From assembly GCA_009781895.1 (NCBI GenBank), contig WQUV01000002.1:38293-102292 (forward strand): DNA of 64,000 nucleotides, written 5' to 3'. Positions 43,872 through 52,214 of the stretch are shown here, in pieces. A program made the position numbers and the translations under genes. The stretch comes from Candidatus Saccharimonadota bacterium. GTDB lineage: Bacteria > Patescibacteriota > Saccharimonadia > Saccharimonadales > Saccharimonadaceae. Under the pieces are notes generated by a model. That model was not told the DNA's origin. It did not search any database and was given only the letters and a program-made list of their open reading frames with translations. Numbering within the stretch: the first letter of the stretch is position 1; each line of letters begins with the position of its first letter.

Positions 43872-44432
43872 CTACTGGTAGAATGCCCTTCTTGAGATAC
43901 GGATATCGATATATATAGCAGCTTCGATCTCGCCATCGAGCCAGCGGTCAAAGACATAGATGGCATCGGCAGCAGTGGCAGTAGCAAGACGCTCAGTAGA
44001 ACAGCGTAGGCGAATGAACTGGGTGATAATCTCGCCTTCTCCGCCCTCTACCTGCCTACTCATGACGAGATTGAATTCGCGCAAGAAACCTCGGGGGACT
44101 ATCACCTCCTCTACCCGAAATCCCCTCTCCCCTACTAGCTGAACTACCTCAGCAGCAAGAGCGATGACTTCCCTGTTGTCCTCGGGTCCGAGATTGTTTT
44201 CATCATGAAAGTTGATGGCGATAGAAGTCTCCTCTGGTGGAGGTGCTACTTCTGCCACCTCCTCCCCTGCTCTGATAGCCTGCAATAACGCAAGCCCACC
44301 GACTACTACAACCCAAGAGGTAACAATAGCGACCATAGCATAGAGGGTGAGATTAGGGTGTTTAGCTCCCCTACTGGATCTAGGTGCTACCTCTGGCCTA
44401 GAGGTTGACTTATAGGTAGAATAATTCTTCAT
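43872..44432 (-). CDS. Single-TM protein in the ftsQ position of the dcw cluster
   Basis: Position after murG and a bitopic topology only. No motif recognised. Confidence 0.35.
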   Translation of the reverse strand: MKNYSTYKSTSRPEVAPRSSRGAKHPNLTLYAMVAIVTSWVVVVGGLALLQAIRAGEEVAEVAPPPEETSIAINFHDENNLGPEDNREVIALAAEVVQLVGERGFRVEEVIVPRGFLREFNLVMSRQVEGGEGEIITQFIRLRCSTERLATATAADAIYVFDRWLDGEIEAAIYIDIRISRRAFYQ

Positions 44433-45556
44433 TTACCACCTCTGCCCAGCAAGAGGTCAGCGAGCTGGTCGGCGGCATCATAGCGACCAAGCTTATGAAG
44501 ATTTGCGCCGAGAGTGCGACGGGTCTTAGGGTCATTTAAGAGAGCCTCGACCACAAGAGGTAGCTTATTCTCGTGGAGGAGGTCGCCGTCATGGCTGATG
44601 GCGGCCTTGTTCTTGACTAGAATATCGATGTTCTTCTGCTGGTGTCCGCCTGGCAAGGTGGACTTAGCGATAAAAATGACAGCGCGGGAAGCTGCGGCGA
44701 GCTCGGCAATGGCGGTGGCACCAGAGCGTGAGACGACGACGTCGGCAGATGAGACGATCTTAGAAAGGTCGTAAGCATCGGTCATAAAGCGATAAGTGGT
44801 GACACCTAGGTCGTTAAGCTCCTGCTCGGTCTCTCCGCTCTCAGACTGACCGATAAAGGCGGTAATGGCGACTTTTCGTCCGAAATGCTTAGCCAGCTTG
44901 ATAGCTTCGAGGTTGAGGCGATGAGCACCCAGACCACCCCCTAGGATGACGAGGCTAGGAACACCGGGTTTAGCGGGGCTGGGGGTGCCAGTCTTCTGAA
45001 TGCGGCGACTCTGGAGCCAGGCAGTATCGATGGGTACACCAGTGTAGATTACGTTCTTGGGTGGATTGTCGCTGGCTGGTGGTAGTCCAAGGGCTACAAA
45101 CTTGGCAGACTTGGCGAGCAGACGGTTAGCGAGACCGAGGTCAGCGTCAGATTCATGGATGATATATGGGATACGGAGAGCGCGCGCGGCAAGCCCAGCT
45201 GGGACGCTGACGAAGCCACCTTTAAGGAAGATGATATCAGGCTTACGAATGAGTAACCGGCAAAAGCTCTGGATAATGCCAAAAATGAAACGGAAGATAT
45301 CGAAGAAATTACGGATACGGTCGCGGAATGGAGTTTTGACTAGCACGTAGCGGCGATATTTGCCGCTAGTAGCCTTGCGAATACGCGTCTTATGATTACC
45401 AGAGGTCTGGATGCGAGCTTTGGCCGCGGGGAGCATTTTTTTGTCGGTCCAAATCTCGAGCTTGGCGTTCGGAGATTTCTTAAGAATGGCGTCACGTACA
45501 GCAAAGAGTGGAGTAAGATGTCCGCCAGAGCCACCACCAACAAGGAGGATTTTCAC
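44429..45556 (-). CDS. murG: UDP-GlcNAc:lipid I GlcNAc transferase
   Basis: MKILLVGGGSGGHLTPLFAV, GGGLGA, SRSGATAIAEL. Confidence 0.88.
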   Translation of the reverse strand: MKILLVGGGSGGHLTPLFAVRDAILKKSPNAKLEIWTDKKMLPAAKARIQTSGNHKTRIRKATSGKYRRYVLVKTPFRDRIRNFFDIFRFIFGIIQSFCRLLIRKPDIIFLKGGFVSVPAGLAARALRIPYIIHESDADLGLANRLLAKSAKFVALGLPPASDNPPKNVIYTGVPIDTAWLQSRRIQKTGTPSPAKPGVPSLVILGGGLGAHRLNLEAIKLAKHFGRKVAITAFIGQSESGETEQELNDLGVTTYRFMTDAYDLSKIVSSADVVVSRSGATAIAELAAASRAVIFIAKSTLPGGHQQKNIDILVKNKAAISHDGDLLHENKLPLVVEALLNDPKTRRTLGANLHKLGRYDAADQLADLLLGRGGK

Positions 45557-46794
45557 TCTTCCCTCCTGGTGTATTTCGACATCTGAAAGACTAACCCAAG
45601 CATAGCGGCCGAAGCGAGCATACTAGTGCCGCCAGAGCTGATAAATGGCAGATTGACACCAGTCAGCGGAATGAGGGCGGTGAGGGCCATGATGTTAATA
45701 AGGGCCTGTCCGACGATCCAAGCAAAGGCACCTATGACGACCAAACGATCAAAGTCACTGTCGAGGCGATTATGAATATAGAAGAACCGCCAGGCCAGTA
45801 GTCCATATAATATAAGTACGATGAGACTGCCGATCATGCCGAAGACCTCGCCGATGGCGGCAAAAACTGCGTCTGAGAGAGGCTCGGGCAGGTAGCTAGT
45901 GGCCTGGACGGCATTGCCTGCCCCGACACCAAGCACACCACCAGAGCCGATGGCGATCATAGCCTGGCGAAGCTGCCAGGCGTCGTCAGAGTGGTTCTCT
46001 AAAATGGCGACGGGGCTTCTGACGGTGTCGAGATAAGTATTAACGCGTCGCATGCGGAAAGGTGTGACGACCGACATAAAGACGACGAGAGCGACTCCAA
46101 GGGCAGCGAGAATGGCAACATAGCGAATCTTGAGGCCAGCAAGTAGCCACATGACGAGAGTGATACTGGCAATAGTAAGACCAGAGCCGAGGTCGTTCTG
46201 AGCAATGACGACGAGGATAAGCGAGAAGCCAGATATAGCAGAGACCCAAATGGCAGTCTTCAGATTATTGACGCCTTCGGTTTCGTTGCGCTTAGCGAAA
46301 AACATAGCGAGAAAGACCGTAAGGGCCAGCTTGAGGAGCTCGGCGGGCTGAATAGTCATACCACCGATTCGCATCCAACGACAGGCGCCACGGCTACAGT
46401 GAACGAGCGGGCCGCTGACACCGCCGCTACTGAGAGCAGCGATAGAAAGTACAACATTAAGGGCGAGGGCGCCGATCAAAAGGTAGAAAGCGAACTTGAG
46501 CCAGAAGCTTTTGACTGGTAGCTTGAGGGCGACAAAAAATCCAATAAGCCCCATGACAACAGCACGGATCTGATCCCAGAAGAAAAAGAAGCCATCGTCA
46601 AAGCCAGCCCAGCCAGCGTTATTGAGATAGGCAGCGCGGCGAACACCGACTGTAACGGACATGACGATTCCGAAAGTCATTAGCCCGAGCATGACAGCCA
46701 GCAACCAGTAGTCTGGGCGATGGGCGCGACGAACTGGTTCAGACCGCTTAGTCTTGGCTGGTGAGAGGTTGAGGAGTTTAGCGCCCCGCGACAT
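45553..46794 (-). CDS. ftsW: SEDS-family peptidoglycan polymerase FtsW/RodA
   Basis: 10-TM layout, IQPAELLKL, LPFISSGGTSM. Confidence 0.85.
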   Translation of the reverse strand: MSRGAKLLNLSPAKTKRSEPVRRAHRPDYWLLAVMLGLMTFGIVMSVTVGVRRAAYLNNAGWAGFDDGFFFFWDQIRAVVMGLIGFFVALKLPVKSFWLKFAFYLLIGALALNVVLSIAALSSGGVSGPLVHCSRGACRWMRIGGMTIQPAELLKLALTVFLAMFFAKRNETEGVNNLKTAIWVSAISGFSLILVVIAQNDLGSGLTIASITLVMWLLAGLKIRYVAILAALGVALVVFMSVVTPFRMRRVNTYLDTVRSPVAILENHSDDAWQLRQAMIAIGSGGVLGVGAGNAVQATSYLPEPLSDAVFAAIGEVFGMIGSLIVLILYGLLAWRFFYIHNRLDSDFDRLVVIGAFAWIVGQALINIMALTALIPLTGVNLPFISSGGTSMLASAAMLGLVFQMSKYTRREE

Positions 46795-47788
46795 AGAGTA
46801 AGATCCCGAATGTTGCCATAACCGCTGCTAGCACCCACATACGCATGACGATCTTGGCCTCGGGCCAACCAGAAGCTTCCAGGTGCCAGTGGAGGGGCGA
46901 AGCAAGGAAGAGTTTTTTCTTACGAATGAGCTTGCTGGCGTTCTGCAAGATGACTGAACCAGACTCAAGGACAAAAATGAAACCAACGAAGGGTACGAGC
47001 AAGAAGGCATCAGTCATCATGGCGACCACAGCAAGGGCCGTACCATAAGCGAAGCTGCCGACATCGCCCATCATGAAACGAGCAGGTGTGACATTAAACC
47101 AGAGATAAGAAAGCAAGACACCGACCATAGTGCCGCAGAAGACAGCTATACCAAAGCGACCGCCAATTAGAGCGATGATACCAAACGAAGCAAAGGCGAT
47201 GGCGAGAAGACCACCTGAGAGACCGTCACGGCCATCGGTAATGTTAACAGAATTAGCGATGGAGGTTACGGCAAAAGCGAAGAGCGGAATTATGAACAGA
47301 CCGATATTGAAGTCCCCAAGGAAAGGAACGAAGACTGAACTCCAACCCATACGGCTATAGAACCACCAGCCGAGGAATACGCCGATAGCTATAGTGAAAA
47401 AGAGCTTAGCGCGAGCGTCGAGGCCAGCAGTCCCCCGCCCTGCGCTCCAGATGTTAATGATGTCATCGAGCATGCCAAGCGTACCACCCATGAGAAGGCC
47501 GAGGGTGGCGAGATAGGTCTGGGAGCGCGTCCAGTTGAAGAGCAGAGTGAGAATGGCGACTGCGGCCACACCAATGACGCCAGCCATGGTTGGGAAGCGG
47601 CGCTCGATTTGTTTCTTGGCTTTAATCGAAGCAATGACGGGCATTTCGCGGCCCAAAAGGTCGACTTTGCGTTCGCGCTTCCACCACTTGTACTTATAGG
47701 CGAGAGTGGTATAGAAAGGAGTTAGGCAAGTAGCAAGCATCCAGCCACCGACAGTGAAAACCAGGACACGAATAATGGCATTTTCCAT
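46778..47788 (-). CDS. mraY: Phospho-N-acetylmuramoyl-pentapeptide transferase
   Basis: MLDDIIN, NITDGRDGL, MGDVGSFAYG. Start at MENAIIRV (47788). Confidence 0.88.
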   Translation of the reverse strand: MENAIIRVLVFTVGGWMLATCLTPFYTTLAYKYKWWKRERKVDLLGREMPVIASIKAKKQIERRFPTMAGVIGVAAVAILTLLFNWTRSQTYLATLGLLMGGTLGMLDDIINIWSAGRGTAGLDARAKLFFTIAIGVFLGWWFYSRMGWSSVFVPFLGDFNIGLFIIPLFAFAVTSIANSVNITDGRDGLSGGLLAIAFASFGIIALIGGRFGIAVFCGTMVGVLLSYLWFNVTPARFMMGDVGSFAYGTALAVVAMMTDAFLLVPFVGFIFVLESGSVILQNASKLIRKKKLFLASPLHWHLEASGWPEAKIVMRMWVLAAVMATFGILLYVAGR

Positions 47789-47792
47789 ACTA

Positions 47793-49523
47793 CTAATATA
47801 CCACACCTCTCCAGTAAGGCATAAGCTCAGCAAGGAGGTCGCGCCAGATCATCTTGGCGCCTGAACCAGAGCCAAGGAGGCCAGGGCCGCCATAGCGGAC
47901 TCCGACGATAAGGTCTGGCATCATCCCCTCCTCCTCTACGCAGAAGCCGAAGAACGACCCAGTGAGACGGTCGTCGAAATAGCCACCAGCAGGATTGACG
48001 ACTTGGGCAGTACCAGTCTTACCACCGCAATACATCTCGGTGAACGGTGGGCGGCGAGCGGCCTGGAAGAGATTGAATGAGGTGTGGAGGGACTCACGGA
48101 GCTCGCGACTGATTGTGTCGGTGACGATGTTCTGGTCAAGGACTTCTCCGCCTTGTCCCTGGATAATAGTTGGGCGGAAGAGCGTGCCGCCATTAACCAT
48201 GGCGGAATATGCGTTGGCAATCTGAAGCATCGACATTGAAGTGCACTGTCCAAAAGTCATATTGGCAAAGCAGTGATTGATGGCGAAGCGGGCGGCCGAC
48301 TCGGGGCGACTAACGAAACCAGCGGATTCTGGCAATTCGATACCCGTGCGGCGACCAAAGCCAAGACGGCTAAACATGTCATAGAGATGCTGACGTCCAG
48401 TTTGATTGAGTTCGCCGCCACCCATACGACGAAGCATTTCGACCGAGCCAGTGTTAAACGACCAATCCATGGCTTCCTGAAAGGTCTGAACGGCGCCAGA
48501 ATGGCGGTCGTCAGCATTACGGACCAGCATGCCATCGATGGTTTGCTGACGATGATTAATGAATGTATCAGTTGGGCGTAAGACACCAAGACTGAGAGCG
48601 GCAGCGAAAGTAGGAGTCTTCATGACACTAGCTGGCTCGTAAGCGTCAATGAGGACAGGGTTAGTGAAGCGGCTAGTATCGTAACGCTGAAAATTGGCAG
48701 GGTCGAAACCGTCGCGGCTAGCCATAGCCAGCACTTCGCCGTTTGAGGCGCGTTTAACAATGATGTCGACGAATTCGGCGCTATGGTAGGCTGCCCAGCG
48801 CCGAGCGGCGCCCTCAGCCATTACCTGAATGTTTCGGTCGATGGTGAGACGAACTGGCTGACCGTCTTCAGGAGGGATAAGGATCTGATCAGTAGCGACA
48901 GTAAGCGGAACGTTGCGAAGATCGGTGATAGCGCGGCGAGTGCCGTCGGTGCCGGTGAGCTGATTATTAAAGGCGCCCTCGACACCATAGAGTCCGACAC
49001 CCTCATGATTGACAAAGCCGAGAATGCGCGAACCGAGCGTGCCCTCAGGATAGACACGACGAGTGCCCTCCTCGAAGCCAATGCCTGTGACGCCACCAGA
49101 GCGGATCTCCTCTGCTATGGCGCGCGGGACATTGCGAGCCAGAATGACATAACGGCTGCGACGAGCGTCCATGGCTTCGTCAAAGCGGGCGCCAGCCTGA
49201 ATGGTACGCTCGATGACAGCTCGCGTCTCGGCGCGATTCTCGACCATGGCAAAGTCGACGAAGACGAGATAAACCTGCTCGTTAAGGACGGCCGGAACGT
49301 TAACGTTGCCATCGCGCCAATAGATAGTGCCGCGAGCGGCGTGCAAGGTCCATTGACGGGTCTGGTTTTGCTCGGCGGCGATCACGAACTGCTCGTGATT
49401 AATGACTTGCATACCGAAAAGCCGCCCAGCAATCGCGATGAGGGCGATACCAGTGGCGATGGCTAGAAATTTGACTCGTCGCTCAATGGACTTATCCATA
49501 AGTATAGTATAACATAAGCCCAT
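47793..49523 (-). CDS. ftsI: Class B penicillin-binding protein (FtsI/PBP2-type transpeptidase)
   Basis: SVMK, SFN, KTGT. The start is ambiguous (49523 or 49499). Confidence 0.85.
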   Translation of the reverse strand: MGLCYTILMDKSIERRVKFLAIATGIALIAIAGRLFGMQVINHEQFVIAAEQNQTRQWTLHAARGTIYWRDGNVNVPAVLNEQVYLVFVDFAMVENRAETRAVIERTIQAGARFDEAMDARRSRYVILARNVPRAIAEEIRSGGVTGIGFEEGTRRVYPEGTLGSRILGFVNHEGVGLYGVEGAFNNQLTGTDGTRRAITDLRNVPLTVATDQILIPPEDGQPVRLTIDRNIQVMAEGAARRWAAYHSAEFVDIIVKRASNGEVLAMASRDGFDPANFQRYDTSRFTNPVLIDAYEPASVMKTPTFAAALSLGVLRPTDTFINHRQQTIDGMLVRNADDRHSGAVQTFQEAMDWSFNTGSVEMLRRMGGGELNQTGRQHLYDMFSRLGFGRRTGIELPESAGFVSRPESAARFAINHCFANMTFGQCTSMSMLQIANAYSAMVNGGTLFRPTIIQGQGGEVLDQNIVTDTISRELRESLHTSFNLFQAARRPPFTEMYCGGKTGTAQVVNPAGGYFDDRLTGSFFGFCVEEEGMMPDLIVGVRYGGPGLLGSGSGAKMIWRDLLAELMPYWRGVVY

Positions 49524-49558
49524 CGGAGACACCTACGGTTTCTCCGCCTATTCCCCTT
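49524..49558 (-). promoter_or_regulatory. Divergent fourth copy of the purine-tract + hairpin leader module (ftsI)
   Basis: Sense strand AAGGGGAAUAGG-CGGAGAAACCGUAGGUGUCUCCG-AUG. Confidence 0.4.
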
Positions 49559-49595
49559 AGTTGTATCTGGCCTGCAAGGTGACTGCTCGATACAA

Positions 49596-49953
49596 CTAGG
49601 AGAGTTCTTCAGTGTGGTCGACAGCGATAACGATAGCACCTTTAGGGGTGCAAGTGTCGGTTCTATATAATTTGGTGACCATATCGAAATACTTACCGTC
49701 CGCGAAGTATTCAGCAGAACCTGATAATCTTAGCCCCCCCCCAATTCTTGTCGAAGGAGGTTAGTACGACTCGAGGGTTATGCTTGATGTTATTGACCGT
49801 ATTGGCCATTTCGTTGTGCGAGACTAGCAACCTGTCTTCACCTAAGACTTTGATGTCAGCTACGACAGCCAAGTTTGGTGAGCCGTCTGGACGGACGGTT
49901 GCGATATGAGTGCTGTTGCCATCGATTAGCGACTTCTTATCAAATAGATTCAT
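49596..49953 (-). pseudogene. Pyridoxamine-5'-phosphate-oxidase-family (FMN-binding split barrel) gene, frameshifted at a C9/G9 tract
   Basis: The 80-aa track ORF ends just after the tract. With one G fewer the frame continues LRLSGSAEYFADGKYFDMVTKLY...KGAIVIAVDHTEELS* to 49596. Confidence 0.6.
49734..49742. repeat. C9 (sense G9) homopolymer at the frameshift site
   Basis: Counted directly: tagcccccccccaatt. Confidence 0.9.
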
Positions 49954-49970
49954 GTCTATATGATATCATA

Positions 49971-49997
49971 AAACCAAAAGCCCCGCACCTAAGTGCG
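49971..49997 (-). terminator. Rho-independent terminator after the ftsL-like gene, inside the dcw cluster
   Basis: Minus strand CCCGCAC-TTAG-GTGCGGG-GCTTTTGGTTTT. Confidence 0.65.
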
Positions 49998-50026
49998 GGA
50001 AAGTGATCTGGTTCTAGATTTTGATT

Positions 50027-50479
50027 TTAGCGAGAGGACATATGATTGGCTAGGTCGGAAGAATTAATCGTACTGAGCGAAGTGCTGCGAGCATTTTCGA
50101 GGACGAGCTCGGCTCGTCGTTGCGTGAGTTCGTTGATGACCTGCTCTTGCTCGGAGATTTCGTAGTCGAACTTGGAAACCTGAGCGCCTAGAACGAGACT
50201 GAAGACACCCAGTATAAGGACAGCTCCAACCGCAATCACGGAGAGAAAGATCATGTTATTTTGTGGCTCTACTATAGCTGCTCCGCCGCCACGGACACCG
50301 TTTTTGCCGACGCCATAAGCACGTGAGAAGTTGGTGCGGGCAAAGTCCCTGCTGTCGCTTTCGCGATAAAAATTATTCTTAAACGTTCGCATTGATGTTG
50401 ACGCCTTTAGGCGACTTCCTATAATTTGTTTTGATGTTTGTTTGTGTTTTGTTGCTTGATGAAATTCCGCTTTGCTCAT
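50027..50479 (-). CDS. FtsL-like bitopic protein (TM + coiled coil)
   Basis: Position between rsmH and ftsI. TM IFLSVIAVGAVLILGVFSLVLG followed by a heptad-like region. Confidence 0.45.
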   Translation of the reverse strand: MSKAEFHQATKHKQTSKQIIGSRLKASTSMRTFKNNFYRESDSRDFARTNFSRAYGVGKNGVRGGGAAIVEPQNNMIFLSVIAVGAVLILGVFSLVLGAQVSKFDYEISEQEQVINELTQRRAELVLENARSTSLSTINSSDLANHMSSR

Positions 50480-50701
50480 GACCCGAGGTGTCCAAAGGAC
50501 CCCGGCGCGAAAGCAACACGCGCTGGTGTCCTATTGGACGTTGCCATTGCTGGCAGTCATAAACAAAAGTCGGCTAGCCTCGCTGTTCGCGGCGTACCGA
50601 AATTGTAGCGGTCTCTGATGCAAATTTGACAAAGATTTGTCGTGGCATAAGTGCCTCCTTTTATTTTTGTTGTTTGTTTTACGTGTGTAAATGCAGCTGC
50701 A

Positions 50702-51574
50702 CTACACTCGCGCGGCGAAGCGCATCTTTGCAGATCGCGCTCGCGGGTTATTCTCTAGTTCTTGAACACCACTCGTGTAGAGCTTTTTGCTGACGTTTAG
50801 GCGGCTCTCTAGACCCCTACCTGCTTCATCAGCGAGCCATTGCTTGACGATACGATCCTCAAGGCTATGGAAGGTAATGATGCTAAGACGCCCCCCGGGT
50901 TTTAGTAAATCCGGTAGCATCGGCAAAGTCCGCTCCAGCAGCCCTAGCTCATCGTTAACTTCAATGCGTATGGCCTGAAAATACTGTGTCGCAGGATGAT
51001 GACGCGAGTGTGGCGATTTCGCCTTGATCAAATCGGCAAGTTCTTTCGTGGTATTAAAAGGTCGGGCATGAGTAATCTCCCTCGCGATTTTTGCCGCAAG
51101 GCCATTCTTAACTTCACCGTATTTAACAAAGAGTTCAACTAGATTTCGTTCGCTGTATGTATTGACTACGTTTTTGGCAGTCAAATCCTGCGTTCTGTCC
51201 ATTCGCATGTCCAGCTCGCCTTCATACATAAACGAAAATCCGCGCTCACCCTCGTCTAACTGTGGTGATGAAACCCCAAGGTCCGCCAGAATCATATCAA
51301 ATCGTCTTTTCTCCACAAAAAGCGCTGACACGGCTGTCAAAAAATCCATGTGTAAAAGCGTAGCACCTTTGGCCTTTAAATCGCCTAATGTTGCGATGGC
51401 CATTTGGTCACGATCCACTAATACGGACTCCTTGAACATACCTGTCTGCTCCAAAATCTCTCTAGAGTGTCCGCCAAATCCAGCTGTCAAGTCTAGTAGG
51501 CTCTCGCCAGGCTTCGGCTGCAACACATCAAGTACTTCGCCCAGCATGACTGGTTTATGTCTTGGTTGTTCCAT
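50702..51574 (-). CDS. rsmH: 16S rRNA (cytosine1402-N4)-methyltransferase
   Basis: HKPVMLGEVL, DLTAGFGGHS, DLGVSSPQLD, SLEDRIVK. TGATACAAT lies 6 nt upstream of the ATG. Confidence 0.9.
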   Translation of the reverse strand: MEQPRHKPVMLGEVLDVLQPKPGESLLDLTAGFGGHSREILEQTGMFKESVLVDRDQMAIATLGDLKAKGATLLHMDFLTAVSALFVEKRRFDMILADLGVSSPQLDEGERGFSFMYEGELDMRMDRTQDLTAKNVVNTYSERNLVELFVKYGEVKNGLAAKIAREITHARPFNTTKELADLIKAKSPHSRHHPATQYFQAIRIEVNDELGLLERTLPMLPDLLKPGGRLSIITFHSLEDRIVKQWLADEAGRGLESRLNVSKKLYTSGVQELENNPRARSAKMRFAARV

Positions 51575-51906
51575 TTTTTTATTGTATCACATAGTCTAGG
51601 CATCTGATAACCAAGCGTTTTTGTTTTATTTTTGTTTTGATAGCGTCGTTTCGTTATGCTTGATCGACCTTGGTCAACCTTGCGTAAAGCTGAGAGACTT
51701 ATATAAACGACGTTAAAGGGTTTGGGAGGTTACAACTTGAAAAGTTGTAAGGTAAGGTGCTTACGCTAGAGTTTAATCGAGGTGCGTGGTCTTGTTTTTC
51801 TTTCCCTCGTCGCTTTTGCTACCAGATGTCTAGACTAAGTGTTCTGTTAATGTGCTTGTGTTTGTTTTGGTCTGTATGCTCTTAGTCTACAATGCTTACT
51901 TTAGGA

Positions 51907-51950
51907 ATGCAAGTACTTTTTAATACTTTTTAATTTATGCAAATACTTTT
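51907..51950. repeat. Helically phased AT-rich repeats
   Basis: ATGCAAGTACTTTT (51907-51920) and ATGCAAATACTTTT (51937-51950) are exactly 30 nt apart. RTACTTTT units start at 51913, 51923 and 51943. Confidence 0.85.
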
Positions 51951-51955
51951 CCACA
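51947..51955 (+). promoter_or_regulatory. DnaA-box-like 9-mer (1 mismatch)
   Basis: TTTTCCACA versus TTATCCACA. Confidence 0.4.
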
Positions 51956-51996
51956 AGTACCTCAAAATACAAGAGGTGTAAGTAGGTAGCCCAGGC

Positions 51997-52005
51997 TGTG
52001 GATAA
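51997..52005 (-). promoter_or_regulatory. Perfect DnaA box
   Basis: TGTGGATAA is the reverse complement of TTATCCACA. Confidence 0.5.
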
Positions 52006-52042
52006 GTCTATTCTCCCCTGTTAGTCTGGCTTCAGGTGCGAG

Positions 52043-52051
52043 TTTTCCACT
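52043..52051 (+). promoter_or_regulatory. DnaA-box-like 9-mer (2 mismatches)
   Basis: TTTTCCACT. Confidence 0.25.
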
Positions 52052-52173
52052 CTTGGTTTTTTGTATATATAATGCTGTAATATACGAACAAGAAACCGAA
52101 CGGAGTAGCGCTACTTGGGCTTGATAATACTGTGAAAATGTTTTATAAAAACCGAACGATAGAGGTAATGTGA

Positions 52174-52208
52174 GCAACCCCCTGCTCTATCGCAAGTCAG
52201 GGGATTGC
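52174..52208 (-). terminator. 11-bp stem hairpin directly 3' of the 52215 gene
   Basis: Sense strand GCAAUCCCCUG-13 nt-CAGGGGGUUGC. One pair is G-U only in the sense strand. No U-tract follows. Confidence 0.4.
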
Positions 52209-52214
52209 TGGGTC

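Noticed and set aside
52178-52189. 12-nt identity (AGAGCAGGGGGT on the sense strand) between 52178-52189 and 60627-60638, suggesting a duplicated gene start.
   Set aside because: Hundreds of 12-mer coincidences are expected in 2 x 64 kb, and the flanks do not align.
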